58,236 nt of DNA from an uncultured Candidatus Saccharibacteria bacterium (lineage in GTDB: Bacteria; Patescibacteriota; WWE3; UBA101185; UBA10185). Below are positions 1 to 8,883 of the stretch, piece after piece; position 1 is the first letter of the stretch, and every line of letters starts with the position of its first letter. The translations under genes and the position numbers were made by a program. The stretch spans positions 1 to 58,236 of the forward strand of contig CAYLVW010000002.1 in NCBI GenBank assembly GCA_964387275.1, given 5' to 3'. The notes under the pieces are model-generated. The model did not search any database. It saw nothing but the letters and a program-made list of their open reading frames with translations, and was not told the origin of the DNA.

Positions 1-53
1 ACAAAACATCTATCTTACCTTTTTTTTAATCATTTATCATTCATCGCACCTTC

Positions 54-157
54 ACCCCCCCTCCCCCCCATCCCCCCCCCCCCTCCCCCTCCCTCCTCCC
101 CCCCCCCCCCCCCCCCGCCCCCCGGGGCCGCCCCCCCCCCCCCCCCCCCCCCCCCCC
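54..157. repeat. C-rich homopolymer-like tract at window start (probable sequencing/assembly artefact)
   Basis: About 100 nt of almost pure C interrupted by single T/G/A. No ORF, and it sits at the extreme 5' end. Confidence 0.7.
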
Positions 158-210
158 ACAAACACCATCTAATCACTACAACCTGCTCTAGACAGACCTA
201 CAAAAACAGA

Positions 211-1200
211 TTAGTTAAGACGCTGCCTTACTACGTAAGTCTTTCGCCCAGAAGACTCAAAATAAGTTCTCATCATAAGCTCACCAAGCATTCCAGTCAT
301 AAGCATCTGCACCCCAACAATCACAAACATCATTGAAGCAATAAGAAGTGGCCTATCACCAATACTCTGACCAAACAACTTCAAAATCACCAAATACATG
401 CCTATAAACCCACCAAGACCTGCAAAAAGTGCTCCGGTAAAACCAAACAATCTTCCCGGCATAGCTCTAAAAGGCTTTTTTGCAAAATACAGCATAAAGG
501 CTAAGGTGGCTAAATCCAAAATCACTTTAATAGTTCTTTTGTGACCAGCATAATAAGAAACGCCAAAGTCCCTGTCCTTAAACTCCACGTCAAATTCAGT
601 CATCTTAGCTCCATATACAGTCAAGTAATCCGGTATAAACCTGTGCATCTCACCATAAAGTCTAAAGTTATCTATAAGAATCCTAGTAAATCCTTTAAGA
701 CCTGAGCCTCTATCTTTCATGTGTACACCTGATATTTTAGAAATAATTTTGTTAGCAATACCGCTTTTTTGCTGTCTTTCAGCTTTCTCAGCTCCCCATC
801 TACCAACCCTATTTGTATTCACAAAGTCATAACCCTCGTCCAACTTCTCAACAACCTTAACAACATTTTCCAAAGGTATTTCCAAATCTGCAGACAAAGT
901 AAGAACATAATCACCAGTTGAGTTATCAAAACCAGATTGATACCCACAACTTTGGCCAAAATTAGACATATGCCTAATCCCTATAATGTTTCTGTGCTTA
1001 CTTGAATAATCCTTAATAACTCCCCAAGTACCATCTTTTGAACCATCATCTACAGCAATAATCTCAAAATCTAAATTATGCTTGTTTGAAATTTCTAATA
1101 AACCATCAAAAGTCCTATTAATGTTTTTCTCTTCGTTAATACAAGGAATAATAATAGAAATTTTTTTACCTTGAATACTGTTATTTATTTTATCTGTCAT
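211..1200 (-). CDS. Family 2 glycosyltransferase, polyprenol-phosphate sugar transferase-like (DPM1/ArnC/GtrB layout)
   Basis: 329-aa ORF. GT-A signature ISIIIPCINEE...AVDDGSKDGT, an acidic LSADLE motif and C-terminal hydrophobic helices. Confidence 0.85.
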   Translation of the reverse strand: MTDKINNSIQGKKISIIIPCINEEKNINRTFDGLLEISNKHNLDFEIIAVDDGSKDGTWGVIKDYSSKHRNIIGIRHMSNFGQSCGYQSGFDNSTGDYVLTLSADLEIPLENVVKVVEKLDEGYDFVNTNRVGRWGAEKAERQQKSGIANKIISKISGVHMKDRGSGLKGFTRILIDNFRLYGEMHRFIPDYLTVYGAKMTEFDVEFKDRDFGVSYYAGHKRTIKVILDLATLAFMLYFAKKPFRAMPGRLFGFTGALFAGLGGFIGMYLVILKLFGQSIGDRPLLIASMMFVIVGVQMLMTGMLGELMMRTYFESSGRKTYVVRQRLN

Positions 1201-1201
1201 A

Positions 1202-2155
1202 TTAATTTAAAAAATCCTTAACTGAGTAAGTTTTATCTTTCCCTTCTAAGTATATCCTTAGAAGAAGCTCACCCAATAAACCAATTATAACTAATAATAT
1301 CCCCACAATGCTCATTAACACAAATACAAATAATAGTGGCCTTCCGCCAATATCATTTCCAATAAAAAACTTATCATAGCCCAAAAACATTGCGAGTATA
1401 ACTGACAACAACATGGTCAATATTCCCATACTCCCAAACACTCTAATAGGAGAGGTATTAAATGGAGGATTATATGCAGAGATAAAGAATTTCAATACCA
1501 TAATATCTAGTACAGCTTTATGTATGGGAAGGCCAGAGTATGTATAAGACTTGTTCTTAGGCAAAAGGTGTTCTACTTCTACCTCTCCAAATTTTGCTCC
1601 TGACAAAGTAGCAAGTACGGGTAAAAATAAGTGATTATCTCCATACAACCTAAAATGCTTAAGGACTTCTTTTTTAATAAGTCTTATAGGAGAGGTCACA
1701 TCTTTGAAATCCTTACCTACTAGTACACTTACAAATTTATTAGCTAAAATAGAAAGACGTGATTTCATACCCCTGCCTTTTAGTTTATTTTTCCTGAAAC
1801 CAACAATTAGATCATAATCAGCTTCTTTCATTTTCTCTATAAACTTAACTATCTCTTTTGGCGAGTTTTCTAAAGTTGAACTTATCGTAAAAATTAGATT
1901 TCCCTTTGCAATATCAAAACCAGCTTGAAGTCCCGAAGAATGCCCATGATTTCTTCTAAAATTTATTGCTTTTACATGAGGATCAGATCTGTGAACTGCT
2001 TGAATTACTTTCCAAGAATTATCACTAGAGCCATCGTTTACCAAGATTATTTCATAAGAACCACCAACCATTTCCATGGCTTTTGTGATTTCTGTATAGA
2101 GTTCTTCGACGGTGTCTTCACAATTGTGAATCCAACTAATAATTGAAATATCCAT
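1202..2155 (-). CDS. Family 2 glycosyltransferase, second copy with the same layout
   Basis: Track ORF 1202..2185 starts at a non-ATG codon; the first ATG (MDISIISW) is at 2155. LVNDGSSDNS motif and C-terminal TM helices. 1-nt gap to the downstream GT2. Confidence 0.8.
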   Translation of the reverse strand: MDISIISWIHNCEDTVEELYTEITKAMEMVGGSYEIILVNDGSSDNSWKVIQAVHRSDPHVKAINFRRNHGHSSGLQAGFDIAKGNLIFTISSTLENSPKEIVKFIEKMKEADYDLIVGFRKNKLKGRGMKSRLSILANKFVSVLVGKDFKDVTSPIRLIKKEVLKHFRLYGDNHLFLPVLATLSGAKFGEVEVEHLLPKNKSYTYSGLPIHKAVLDIMVLKFFISAYNPPFNTSPIRVFGSMGILTMLLSVILAMFLGYDKFFIGNDIGGRPLLFVFVLMSIVGILLVIIGLLGELLLRIYLEGKDKTYSVKDFLN

Positions 2156-2273
2156 AAACTGTGAACTAGGGAATTTGGGCGTCAAATCAACCTAAAATGC
2201 AAATAGTAGCTCAAATCCATTACACATTATACTACAAAAATACTATATCAAAAAATGCACGGGGGAAAATATA

Positions 2274-3353
2274 TTAAACTCTTTCTAGCTTCTGATACCA
2301 TTCAGGCATCATCTTAAATACCTCTACTTGTCTCCTGACAGCCTCATAAAGGTCCATTTTTGGGTTATAACCTAGTATTTTTCTTGCTTTTGAAATATCT
2401 GCGCTAGATGCAACATCTCCCTTATCAACATCAACTATCTCGTAAGGTACAGGCTTGCCATAAGCTTTTTCAATAGCGTCAAACCAATCTTTAATAGATC
2501 TTGGGTCAGAAGTACCTATATTAAAAACCTCAAAATTCGTTTGAAAATCTAGGCACATTAAGAGACCCTTTACCTGGTCATCTATATAAGTACTGTCTTT
2601 CGCAGAATCCAAACCTCTTTTTCCGTAAATCTGGACCTTGCGGTTATTGTGGGTGTAGTTTATTGCTCTTTGCATCATCATTCCATAAGGTCTTTGCAAG
2701 GGCCCATATATTGGTCCAAAAATTCTATCCACAACAACAGGAAGGCCGTAAACTACAGAGGCTGCATGACAAAGCACTTCTCCTGCTACTTTGGTAGCAC
2801 CATATGGAGAAACAGCCCTCATAACATTATCTTCTTCGGTTACCTTCTTATCAGCTCTATCTCCATACACTGAAGACGAAGAACCAAATACAACCTTCTT
2901 TACCCCTGTCTCCTTACTGACATTCAGAATATTAATTGTCCCATCAACATTTACAGATGTATAAAGTCTTGGATCTTTAGTAGAAAGAGGAACACCAGCC
3001 ATAGCGGCCAGGTGAACAACCGCATCAAACTTTTCTTTCTCAAATAGGTATTCCAAAAAATCATGATTAACAATATCTCCCTCAACAAAATTAAAATAAC
3101 CTCTCTTATTTGAAATGGTATCAGGATAATAACTCTCTAATTTTTCATAAATCTGGGTAACAACATTACCGGGAAAAAATTGGGGTTTCCTGCCTGATGC
3201 TAAATTTATCAAATCAACATTAAACTCCTTGCATTCCCTTTGATAGTAGGAATTAAAGTTATCAAACCCCACCACATCATCCCCTCGCCAAATTAAAGCA
3301 CGGGAAACGTAACTACCTATAAATCCTGCTGCACCTGTTACAAATACTTTCAT
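2274..3353 (-). CDS. NAD-dependent sugar-nucleotide epimerase/dehydratase (extended SDR)
   Basis: MKVFVTGAAGFIGS Rossmann motif and an intact YGATK (YxxxK) motif. ATG at 3353 is preferred over the track's TTG at 3362. Confidence 0.85.
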   Translation of the reverse strand: MKVFVTGAAGFIGSYVSRALIWRGDDVVGFDNFNSYYQRECKEFNVDLINLASGRKPQFFPGNVVTQIYEKLESYYPDTISNKRGYFNFVEGDIVNHDFLEYLFEKEKFDAVVHLAAMAGVPLSTKDPRLYTSVNVDGTINILNVSKETGVKKVVFGSSSSVYGDRADKKVTEEDNVMRAVSPYGATKVAGEVLCHAASVVYGLPVVVDRIFGPIYGPLQRPYGMMMQRAINYTHNNRKVQIYGKRGLDSAKDSTYIDDQVKGLLMCLDFQTNFEVFNIGTSDPRSIKDWFDAIEKAYGKPVPYEIVDVDKGDVASSADISKARKILGYNPKMDLYEAVRRQVEVFKMMPEWYQKLERV

Positions 3354-3408
3354 ACTGCACAATTATAACATCTTTTCATTAACCAAAAACCGCGATAACA
3401 TTATAACT

Positions 3409-4398
3409 ATGAGAATATTAATTACTGGATGCGCAGGATTTATTGGCTATAGTTTAACAAAAAAAGTTTTAGAACTTGGTCACGAGGTTATAGGTATTGA
3501 TAACTTAAGTGAATATGAGGGCATCCCAAGTTTAAAATATAAAAATATAAAAGAGTTGTCAGACCACTCAAAATTTGAATTTATAAAGCTGGATGTCGTA
3601 AATGATGCGTTTACTTCCATTCTTAAAGGTAAGAAGTTGGACATAACAGTACACCTTGCAGGCAGAGACCTCTTTTATAATGATTCAGATGACCTAAAAT
3701 ATACCCCATTCCTTATAACTAATGTTATTGGAACTTCAAAGATTTTTGAACTTGCAAATGAACTTGGTTCCAAAAGATTCATCTATGCCTCTACTTATAG
3801 TGTATATGGACAGGTAAAAAAACAAGTCCTAACTGAAAAAAAGATACTACCAAAACCTATATCTCCCCATGGGGCGTCAAAGCTTGCGGCAGAACAAATA
3901 GTATATTTTATGAGCAATTACTTCAAAATACCGTCACTAATTCTTAGAATGTTCACTGTGTATGGACCCGGAATGAAAACATACACGTTCATACCATTAG
4001 TAATACGTAAACTTCTAAATAACCAACCAATAGATTTCTCACATTCAAAATATGCTACCAGGGATTTTGTATTCGTAGATGATGTAGTTAATTCAATAAT
4101 TAGCGGCTTCAAAAAAAGGCTTAAATTTCAAACTATTAATATTGCTTCAGGTGATAGCTACACAATGGAAGAAATAGCACTAAAAATAGCTAAAATCATG
4201 AATAAAGATAAGTCACTGGTTCAGTTTAATAAGCACAAAAAAGATTTCACAAAAATTGTTATGAAGGATGCAAAAGCTAATATTGATAGAGCAAGAAAAG
4301 TGTTAGATTACCAATCTAATGTTGGGATAGATGAAGGACTTGAAAAAACTGTGAAATGGTTTTTAGATAATCAACATTTACTTGAAGGCATTAAATGA
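3409..4398 (+). CDS. NAD-dependent epimerase/dehydratase family protein with non-canonical HxxxK motif
   Basis: MRILITGCAGFIGYS glycine-rich motif and extended-SDR length. The catalytic motif position reads SPHGASK instead of YxxxK. Confidence 0.8.
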   Translation: MRILITGCAGFIGYSLTKKVLELGHEVIGIDNLSEYEGIPSLKYKNIKELSDHSKFEFIKLDVVNDAFTSILKGKKLDITVHLAGRDLFYNDSDDLKYTPFLITNVIGTSKIFELANELGSKRFIYASTYSVYGQVKKQVLTEKKILPKPISPHGASKLAAEQIVYFMSNYFKIPSLILRMFTVYGPGMKTYTFIPLVIRKLLNNQPIDFSHSKYATRDFVFVDDVVNSIISGFKKRLKFQTINIASGDSYTMEEIALKIAKIMNKDKSLVQFNKHKKDFTKIVMKDAKANIDRARKVLDYQSNVGIDEGLEKTVKWFLDNQHLLEGIK

Positions 4399-5237
4399 GA
4401 CCTGATATTGATACTTTGTCAAAAATATATGAAGGTTATGATGAAACATCCATAAAATCTATGGCTAGGAGCGGCTGGAGAGAATATTACGAAAAAAAAA
4501 TTGGCACCAGATTTCTTGACGAAGGTGGAATTAAATATTATCAAGAACGCCGTGAGGCAGAAAACAGGCCATACTTAGAAACAATATTAGATAACGTAGA
4601 GTCTCCCACGGATGTCGTTGGAGTAGTAGGTTCGGGAGCAGGACTTGAAATTGTATATCTGTTAAAAAAGGGTGTTAAAACTATTGGCTTAGATAATGAA
4701 GATGTATTCCCCCTAGTACGACAAAATGCCAAGTTGGCAAACGTAAGTGAAAGCATGTTGTTTGGTTTTACTGATCTTAGAAAGTTAGGGCTAGCAGACC
4801 AGTCGCTAAGGGTATTAGCTAGTCATGGGACCCTAGAACATTTTGAGAGAGATGAAGACATTGTGGACGCAATAATAGAAGGTTGCAGAGTTGCAAATAC
4901 CTATATTTTTGTAGTTCCCCTAGAGTTAGCGGGAAATTTAGATGCAAGGAGATCCTTAAATCTGTCAATGCCGACTGAAAATAATACAACAGGAAATTTC
5001 GGAAATGAAGTTTATAAAAATGGCACAGAGTGGGAATCTGTTATTCAAACAGCAATAAAAAAAATGCGGCAAGAAGGAGTTGAGATTACAACTGAAAATC
5101 CATTTGGATACTGGATCCCAGAATATGGAGATACAAAAAAACATCCACAAACTAGGGAAGAAGCAGAAAGATTGTACAAATCAGGTAAAAGCATTTATGG
5201 AGTTTACGTCTTAAAAAGAACCCATAACACCCCATAG
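4395..5237 (+). CDS. Probable class I SAM-dependent methyltransferase
   Basis: ATGA start/stop overlap with the upstream SDR gene. VVGVVGSGAGLE...TIGLDNE resembles methyltransferase motifs I/II. Confidence 0.5.
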   Translation: MRPDIDTLSKIYEGYDETSIKSMARSGWREYYEKKIGTRFLDEGGIKYYQERREAENRPYLETILDNVESPTDVVGVVGSGAGLEIVYLLKKGVKTIGLDNEDVFPLVRQNAKLANVSESMLFGFTDLRKLGLADQSLRVLASHGTLEHFERDEDIVDAIIEGCRVANTYIFVVPLELAGNLDARRSLNLSMPTENNTTGNFGNEVYKNGTEWESVIQTAIKKMRQEGVEITTENPFGYWIPEYGDTKKHPQTREEAERLYKSGKSIYGVYVLKRTHNTP

Positions 5238-5315
5238 TTGACAAAACTGGTATACCTATTTTACAATGCTTCCGTAGCAATTCTGCTATATCACTTTTGC
5301 CAAAGGGAGGGCAAA

Positions 5316-6083
5316 ATGCTGGTAGTACAGCGGATCTGGGGACCTCAGGGTGGTGAATTGGTACGACGTAACTATAATGCTTTTCAAAAATCTTTAGGAT
5401 CACTTCCATTTAAAGTTAATTATAGTGTATGTACATTTCCTGGGGATCCTGCTGAAAATATGGCTTTAGAGCTAGAAGTAGGTGTCATCCGAGCTAATCT
5501 AAAGAGTTTTAGTGACTCAATGAACCAGATCCTTGGAGCGACACTACAGAAAAGAGAGTTCCTACTGATCTACTCTGGTGATGTTGAAATAGGACAAGAT
5601 CTAATTATGGAAGCTCTAGCGAGCTTTCAGGATAACGAGGAAACAGATTCCCATGCGTATACGTACTCTTGGCAGGTGCAGGGTATGGGTAATGATGGAA
5701 GCCATCTTGGACTTATGGGATACAACACCGCTATGATGTATAACACCAGGCTCTTGGTGCTTCTTAAGTCCCAAGTGTGGTACCCAGAATATGTGGATAA
5801 TGGAATGCTAGGAGAGGAGGAGTTTGAGATTGAGGGTCAAAAAGAAAAAGTCCCACTTGGGGGTGCTGAAGAGCCTACTTTCCTACTTGGAGTTGCTAAA
5901 CAGGATCCATACGCGTACTCAATACATAATGCAGGCGTGATCCTTCCCACAACTGCTCAAACTGGAACAGATGTTAAGTTTTCGTTCAAACTTGCACGCA
6001 AGAAGCGCATGGCTGAAATTTACGCTGCCAAGTTTGGACTTACAGTGGAGGATGCACTTAGGCACTACGTTGTGCTTCGCTAG
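5316..6083 (+). CDS. Uncharacterised protein X (paralogue of 7765..8544; weakly GT-A-like)
   Basis: Track ORF starts at TTG 5238. ATG 5316 is preceded by AAGGGAGGG at a 4-nt spacing. Shares the blocks GNDGSHLG..YNTAMM and YPEYVDNGMLG with X'. Confidence 0.6.
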   Translation: MLVVQRIWGPQGGELVRRNYNAFQKSLGSLPFKVNYSVCTFPGDPAENMALELEVGVIRANLKSFSDSMNQILGATLQKREFLLIYSGDVEIGQDLIMEALASFQDNEETDSHAYTYSWQVQGMGNDGSHLGLMGYNTAMMYNTRLLVLLKSQVWYPEYVDNGMLGEEEFEIEGQKEKVPLGGAEEPTFLLGVAKQDPYAYSIHNAGVILPTTAQTGTDVKFSFKLARKKRMAEIYAAKFGLTVEDALRHYVVLR

Positions 6084-6098
6084 TATATACGTTTTCAG

Positions 6099-6137
6099 AC
6101 ACATAAATCGATTTGCAAGCCGATGTGTGTTTGATTT
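6099..6137 (+). terminator. Hairpin plus T-rich tail after gene X; copy 1 of a conserved hairpin motif
   Basis: ACACAT..AAATCGATTTGCAAGCCG..ATGTGT followed by GTTTGATTT. The core is nearly identical to the hairpin at 7660..7707. Confidence 0.5.
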
Positions 6138-6351
6138 CGTAAGTTAGTTGCTACCTAACATGTAAATGTTGGTATTCCCATCAATTATTAACAAGTAATT
6201 GATGGGCTCACTTTAGGCCATAAGAACTCCCAGCAGCCCTACTGGGGCTGTGAGGTTTAATTAGTCTTCCAGCATAAACAAACAGTTTAAGCAAAGACAC
6301 ATAAATTATGGTTTGAAGTGAGCAAAATCAGCTCTATCAAAAAGGAAGATC

Positions 6352-6939
6352 ATGAACGAGCAACATATTAGAAACGCCCGTTTATTTAATCAATGGAAAA
6401 AAGAACGCCTTATCGATCGTAGTGGGTACATGGATTATAACTCAAAAGCAGTCGAAATCTTTCGTTACTTCTTAAAGCATAACCCAAAAGCAAGGCTCAC
6501 TATCTGGCTTAGGAACTTTAATCATTTGAGATGTGAATATACACAAGGAAGATTTAATGGATCAGTTGCCCTGGAAATTCCAGGAGTCAAAGGTTTCTTC
6601 ACTGACGTAGCACAAATCTATTTAAACCATCCTGATTTAGAGGAAATTTTCGATGAGCAGCTTTGGGTAACTTTGCTTACATCTGCAGATAAAGAAACTA
6701 AACTAACAAGTTTCGGGTTCTACTCTTTGGGTCAGACAATATCCTGGATGATGGGCCGTAGAACTACCCTCATACATCAATGGGGTAGTGGGGATCCTGA
6801 ATACGCAACATTTGATTCATATAACTTCTTCCCTTGGAGAAGTAAGAAAAAATTAGAGCGTACTAAACCATACAGGGGATATAAAGATATCTGGGGAATT
6901 TTCTCTGAAAGAGACCTGAAAAACCTATTTGGTTTATAA
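6352..6939 (+). CDS. Uncharacterised soluble protein Y (195 aa)
   Basis: ORF preceded by AAGGAAG 4 nt upstream of the ATG. No TM segment or recognisable motif. Weak shared blocks with Y'. Confidence 0.6.
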   Translation: MNEQHIRNARLFNQWKKERLIDRSGYMDYNSKAVEIFRYFLKHNPKARLTIWLRNFNHLRCEYTQGRFNGSVALEIPGVKGFFTDVAQIYLNHPDLEEIFDEQLWVTLLTSADKETKLTSFGFYSLGQTISWMMGRRTTLIHQWGSGDPEYATFDSYNFFPWRSKKKLERTKPYRGYKDIWGIFSERDLKNLFGL

Positions 6940-7047
6940 AGTAGCTAATTCGTTGTTGATATGACAAAGTGATTTTGCCAATCACAATATTAGATCTTCT
7001 CAACAAGGTATAAAATCAATTCCACAAAACAGATGTAGGAGAAAAAC

Positions 7048-7632
7048 ATGGAAAACACTAGAGAACTTACTTCGTACATTCAGCATTATATTTCTATGGG
7101 ACTATTTGATGAAACTGGCGAATCAACTAAAACTGCTGATGGTAGAAAAACAGCAGAAGCCTTTAGACATATTATGTCTCTAACAGACAGACGAAATCGA
7201 TTCGGTATGGTCATTCCCAGAAATTCATTTAACAATGAGGGAAATCCCGGACATAGAAGATTCTTGGGTGTAAATTTTTATGTTGCACTACCAAAAGCTT
7301 TGAGGTCTCTTAACCTTCAGTCGGTGCATCTAACTGATCCAATGTGGGAAATTGTATTTTCAGGCTCAGAATATATCAGATTAAAAGAGGCACTTTATGG
7401 GATTACTGATGCCAGTAATGTTATAACTGCTAGAAGATTATTTAAACTTGGTTCTATGATAACAAACATGATGTGCCGACCCTTTTGGATTACACATTTC
7501 ACTGTTACTTCTAAGAAGTCGTTTAGAGAGGTTCATAGGTATAAGTTTGCACCTGGGATAATAAGTGCACTAACGCCACGATTTTATTCTGACGTCCCTG
7601 TAGGAAATGTTTGGGAAGAGCTAGGCTGGTAA
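7048..7632 (+). CDS. Uncharacterised soluble protein Y' (194 aa), probable distant paralogue of Y
   Basis: TAGGAGA 6 nt upstream of the ATG. Same length as Y. Shared blocks KTAEAFRHI / KAVEIFRYF and LGSMITNMMCR / LGQTISWMMGR. Confidence 0.6.
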   Translation: MENTRELTSYIQHYISMGLFDETGESTKTADGRKTAEAFRHIMSLTDRRNRFGMVIPRNSFNNEGNPGHRRFLGVNFYVALPKALRSLNLQSVHLTDPMWEIVFSGSEYIRLKEALYGITDASNVITARRLFKLGSMITNMMCRPFWITHFTVTSKKSFREVHRYKFAPGIISALTPRFYSDVPVGNVWEELGW

Positions 7633-7659
7633 TAATACTAGCTATATCCTAATACTAAA

Positions 7660-7707
7660 GGGCTACACAAATCGATGCTTTGCAAGCCGATGTGTAGCCC
7701 GTTTTTA
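7660..7707 (+). terminator. Rho-independent terminator after Y'; copy 2 of the conserved hairpin motif
   Basis: GGGCTACACA (7660-7669) pairs with TGTGTAGCCC (7691-7700), followed by GTTTTTATTTT. The inner sequence AAATCGATGCTTTGCAAGCCGA matches copy 1. Confidence 0.8.
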
Positions 7708-7728
7708 TTTTACCAAGTTAAGTCAAGC

Positions 7729-7757
7729 TTTACACATTCAGAGCTTTTAATTAGCAT
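7729..7757 (+). promoter_or_regulatory. Putative sigma-70 promoter for X' (TTTACA-17-TAGCAT)
   Basis: TTTACA 7729-7734, 17-nt spacer, TAGCAT 7752-7757. ATG 7765 lies 7 nt after the -10 with no SD, which implies a leaderless mRNA. Confidence 0.4.
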
Positions 7758-7764
7758 ATTAGTA

Positions 7765-8544
7765 ATGCCCATAAAAACTATCTCAAAACTTGCCATAGGC
7801 TTCAAAGCTCTATCTGATTCTAAAAACAGCATTACATCAGAACAAATTGAATATTATGTAAAATACCTAAGAACTTTAAAACCAGGTAAAGTAACGGTAG
7901 TAACGCTTAAGGAGGATCCTCTTCTGCCAACGTTAAAAAACGTTTGCGATGAAGTAATCGAACTTGATAGAGAAAACTACACATACTCTGGTACCGCTAA
8001 AACTCTCTATCAAGCCTGTAAAGACTATAATCTACTATTTGTTTCTATTGGGGTAGAGATACAAAACTGGCAGTTACATCACGGATTACAAATACTAAGT
8101 AACCATAATTTATATACAATAGGATGGAGAATTTTATCTCAGGAAAATGATGGATCTTATCTTGGTAAACTTTCGTATCATACATGTATGCTACTAAAAC
8201 GCGGGTTCTACGAAATTTTTGAACAAGCGGGAGGATTTCCTGAGTATGTTGAAAATGGAATACTAGGAAACCTAAGCTTCAAAATAAATAACGAGGTAAA
8301 AAACTTTAGAGTTGGGGGTCAAGAAGAATTAGCTCTACAACTTCGTATATACAAAAAATTCAAGGGTAAAAAGACCAAAATGTTTGGGCATATTAAACAC
8401 TATGGAGTTGATTTTCCGGTAAAACTTGGTATGGGAGTTAGCTACGATGAAAAAATAATACGAAAAGTTCTTGTAGCAGATATATATAGAATGACGGAAG
8501 AGGTAGACCCGGAGGATTTTATGGAAGCTTGGACAATACTATAA
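7765..8544 (+). CDS. Uncharacterised protein X' (paralogue of 5316..6083)
   Basis: The track start 7675 lies inside the terminator hairpin. The next in-frame ATG, 7765 (MPIKTISK), is preferred. Blocks ENDGSYLG..YHTCML and FPEYVENGILG. Confidence 0.6.
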   Translation: MPIKTISKLAIGFKALSDSKNSITSEQIEYYVKYLRTLKPGKVTVVTLKEDPLLPTLKNVCDEVIELDRENYTYSGTAKTLYQACKDYNLLFVSIGVEIQNWQLHHGLQILSNHNLYTIGWRILSQENDGSYLGKLSYHTCMLLKRGFYEIFEQAGGFPEYVENGILGNLSFKINNEVKNFRVGGQEELALQLRIYKKFKGKKTKMFGHIKHYGVDFPVKLGMGVSYDEKIIRKVLVADIYRMTEEVDPEDFMEAWTIL

Positions 8545-8559
8545 GTGGGGGTGTAGGTA

Positions 8560-8883
8560 CTACTTTAGTTTTCTCTCAGAAATATTTGGGTCTCTGCCAT
8601 AATTGGGTAGCTGCTGCTTATCTACTGACAAATTACCGTTTGCCCAGTTAAGGATATTAGTAACTACTGCTCCTACCTTTAAACCGGTAAAAGATTCTCC
8701 AGGACCTTTATTAAAATCAAACATTACATCTTTTAATCTGATGTTCCTGATTTCAAGCAACTTCTTAATTGAGTTGGTGATGTCAATATCACCAGATTGC
8801 TCGTCCAAAACTTCCCCACTTGAATTAGTTAGTACTATTTTTTTTTCGTACCTTTTAGAAGAATCAATATATATTAAATACAT
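8560..8883 (-). CDS. tsaB: Truncated TsaB/YeaZ-like protein (N-terminal half only)
   Basis: GPGESFTGLKVG matches the TsaB GPGSFTGLRIG motif. Only 107 aa long. Overlaps tsaE by 10 nt. Confidence 0.6.
   Translation of the reverse strand: MYLIYIDSSKRYEKKIVLTNSSGEVLDEQSGDIDITNSIKKLLEIRNIRLKDVMFDFNKGPGESFTGLKVGAVVTNILNWANGNLSVDKQQLPNYGRDPNISERKLK

Noticed and set aside
1-157. Long C-rich tract at the start of the window, and a GC-rich / poly-C / poly-A tract at 58184..58236.
   Set aside because: Both sit at the extreme ends and contain no ORF or foldable structure. They look like poly-G/poly-C two-colour-chemistry or tailing artefacts carried into the assembly. They are not reverse complements of each other in any convincing way, so they are not treated as telomeres or terminal inverted repeats.
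5152-5409. 85-aa minus-strand ORF spanning the methyltransferase/X junction.
   Set aside because: It overlaps two better-supported plus-strand genes and has no RBS and no motif. It is probably spurious.
6097-6306. 12-nt direct repeat AGACACATAAAT at 6097 and 6295, flanking the X-Y intergenic region. Also the 11-bp hairpin CCCATCAATTA/TAATTGATGGG at 6177..6206.
   Set aside because: A 12-mer recurring within 200 nt is close to chance expectation in an AT-rich 58-kb window. The hairpin is real, but it has no U-tract or conserved partner, so no function is assigned.
7675-7764. Track start codon for X' at 7675 (MLCKPMCSPF..).
   Set aside because: That ATG lies inside the loop of the terminator hairpin 7660..7707. 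The first 30 codons would be translated from terminator and promoter sequence, so the start was moved to ATG 7765.
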